64,000 nucleotides of DNA. Origin: Microthrixaceae bacterium. Its GTDB lineage: Bacteria; Actinomycetota; Acidimicrobiia; Acidimicrobiales; Microtrichaceae. The position numbers were made by a program, and so were the translations under genes. Position 1 is the first letter of the stretch; each line of letters begins with the position of its first letter. The notes beneath the pieces were generated by a model. That model made no database searches and was not told the DNA's origin. It was given only the letters and a program-made list of their open reading frames with translations. The DNA lies in contig JADLFH010000076.1 in NCBI GenBank assembly GCA_020845705.1, forward strand, positions 32,277 through 96,276. The letters are read 5' to 3'. Shown one piece after another: positions 63,173 to 64,000 of the stretch.

Positions 63173-64000
63173 TCAATAGACCTGATGTTCGGGTCCACAC
63201 AGAGCCTCCACGAGCTCTGTGCCATCCCCGGCGCCCAGCGCCGAGGGATCCAACACGACGACACCGCCATTGGACGCCACGGCGAGGGTGACGATGGCGT
63301 TCCAGCGGCCGATCATCGCGCCGGGGTTCGACCAGACTGCCGATCCGAACGGATAGCCGTCCGGCGAGGGCCAGGCATAGGGAACCTGGCCGAGCACCCG
63401 CATCAGCCCGACGAGGGACCGCAGGACAGGATCGCCGTTCTCCCCAACCTCGAGAGTTGCGCTCGTGACACGAAGGGTGTGTGCCACCAGATCGATCGGC
63501 CTGCGCACCATCAGCGTCGCCGAGTCGGCGAAGCGCTCTGAGGTGAGCAGATGCCGTACGACCGGTCCGATCTCCGTGTCGCGTTCCAGATACACCGCGG
63601 CGGCCTCTTCGACGAGGGGATCGTCGCGCTGGATCGACTCGGACACGAACCGTCGGGCGAAGAGATGTGCGATCCGCTCCGCGGTTACACGGTGCCGGGC
63701 GAGGTGCTCCAGGGCGGCTCGCCCCGCTTCCTCACCTACCTGATCCTTGCTCGGTCGCCATCCGACGATGTCGCCACCAGAGCTCATCGGTCCCAAGTCA
63801 TGCCACGCGGAACGGAACACGAACGCCCCCGAAGACTTATCGAGGGACCAGCCCGTCATCACGTGCGCGAGTTCCTTCACGTCTCCTTCGTCGTAGCCGC
63901 CATCGACGCCCAGGGTGTGCAGCTCCATCACCTCGCGGGCGTAGTTCTCGTTCGGCGTCCGATCTCCGTCGGCACGGCTCCGGGCCTGATCCAGGTAGAG
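63173..64000 (-). CDS. DUF1800 domain-containing protein (5' end beyond window)
   Basis: 'NENYAREVMELHTLGVDGGYDEGDVKELAHVMTGW'. The frame stays open to the window edge, so the gene is partial. Confidence 0.85.
   Translation of the reverse strand, partial: LYLDQARSRADGDRTPNENYAREVMELHTLGVDGGYDEGDVKELAHVMTGWSLDKSSGAFVFRSAWHDLGPMSSGGDIVGWRPSKDQVGEEAGRAALEHLARHRVTAERIAHLFARRFVSESIQRDDPLVEEAAAVYLERDTEIGPVVRHLLTSERFADSATLMVRRPIDLVAHTLRVTSATLEVGENGDPVLRSLVGLMRVLGQVPYAWPSPDGYPFGSAVWSNPGAMIGRWNAIVTLAVASNGGVVVLDPSALGAGDGTELVEALCGPEHQVY

Overview
This is a high-GC chromosomal segment with strong GC3 bias and many long antisense shadow ORFs. It looks like Actinomycetota; an Acidimicrobiia-like origin is only a guess. 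I support about 64 protein-coding genes, one tRNA-Arg(CCU), two pseudogene remnants and several repeats and operator-like sites. All calls come from reading the six-frame track and the DNA by eye, so start codons are approximate and family names are recalled motifs, not search results.

Most of the window is ordinary core or accessory content:
- DNA repair and signalling: an Ada-AlkA repair fusion and a PAS/GAF-GGDEF-EAL protein.
- Membrane and iron genes: an NfeD/SPFH pair, a haloalkane dehalogenase and bfr-bfd.
- A KimA-like transporter followed 9 bp later by an HDOD-GGDEF cyclase, then rmuC.
- A synthase-type exopolysaccharide locus: GT2, a DUF2334 deacetylase-like protein, WecB and a clan GH-A-like lipoprotein.
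- An OmpR/HK two-component system, a P-type ATPase, an ECF sigma/anti-sigma pair and a DtxR-like repressor.
- Two kinds of sulfatase, an ABC-2 exporter, an acyl-CoA dehydrogenase, an M50 protease and a DUF1501/DUF1800 pair.

The stand-out region is about 27.6-34.4 kb, bounded on the right by tRNA-Arg(CCU) at 34361..34433(-). Going right from its left edge, it contains:
- frameshifted remnants of a MobF/TrwC-type relaxase;
- an AbiEi-like gene translationally coupled to a truncated nucleotidyltransferase-like ORF;
- an XRE regulator whose ATG abuts a perfect 12-5-12 palindrome;
- six further ORFs I cannot place in any family.

Four of those six form a tight operon next to the tRNA. One carries an R-N-x3-H (HEPN-like) motif and another a D...ExK (PD-(D/E)xK-like) motif. 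This is my best candidate for an undescribed defence or abortive-infection module.

Secondary observations:
- a 71-bp tandem repeat that reiterates the 3' end and stop codon of the acyl-CoA dehydrogenase gene;
- a GGT(A/G)AGA direct-repeat motif with identical 22-bp spacing in two promoters flanking the two-component system;
- a tandem CCGAAnGGACCCC element in the KimA-like leader.
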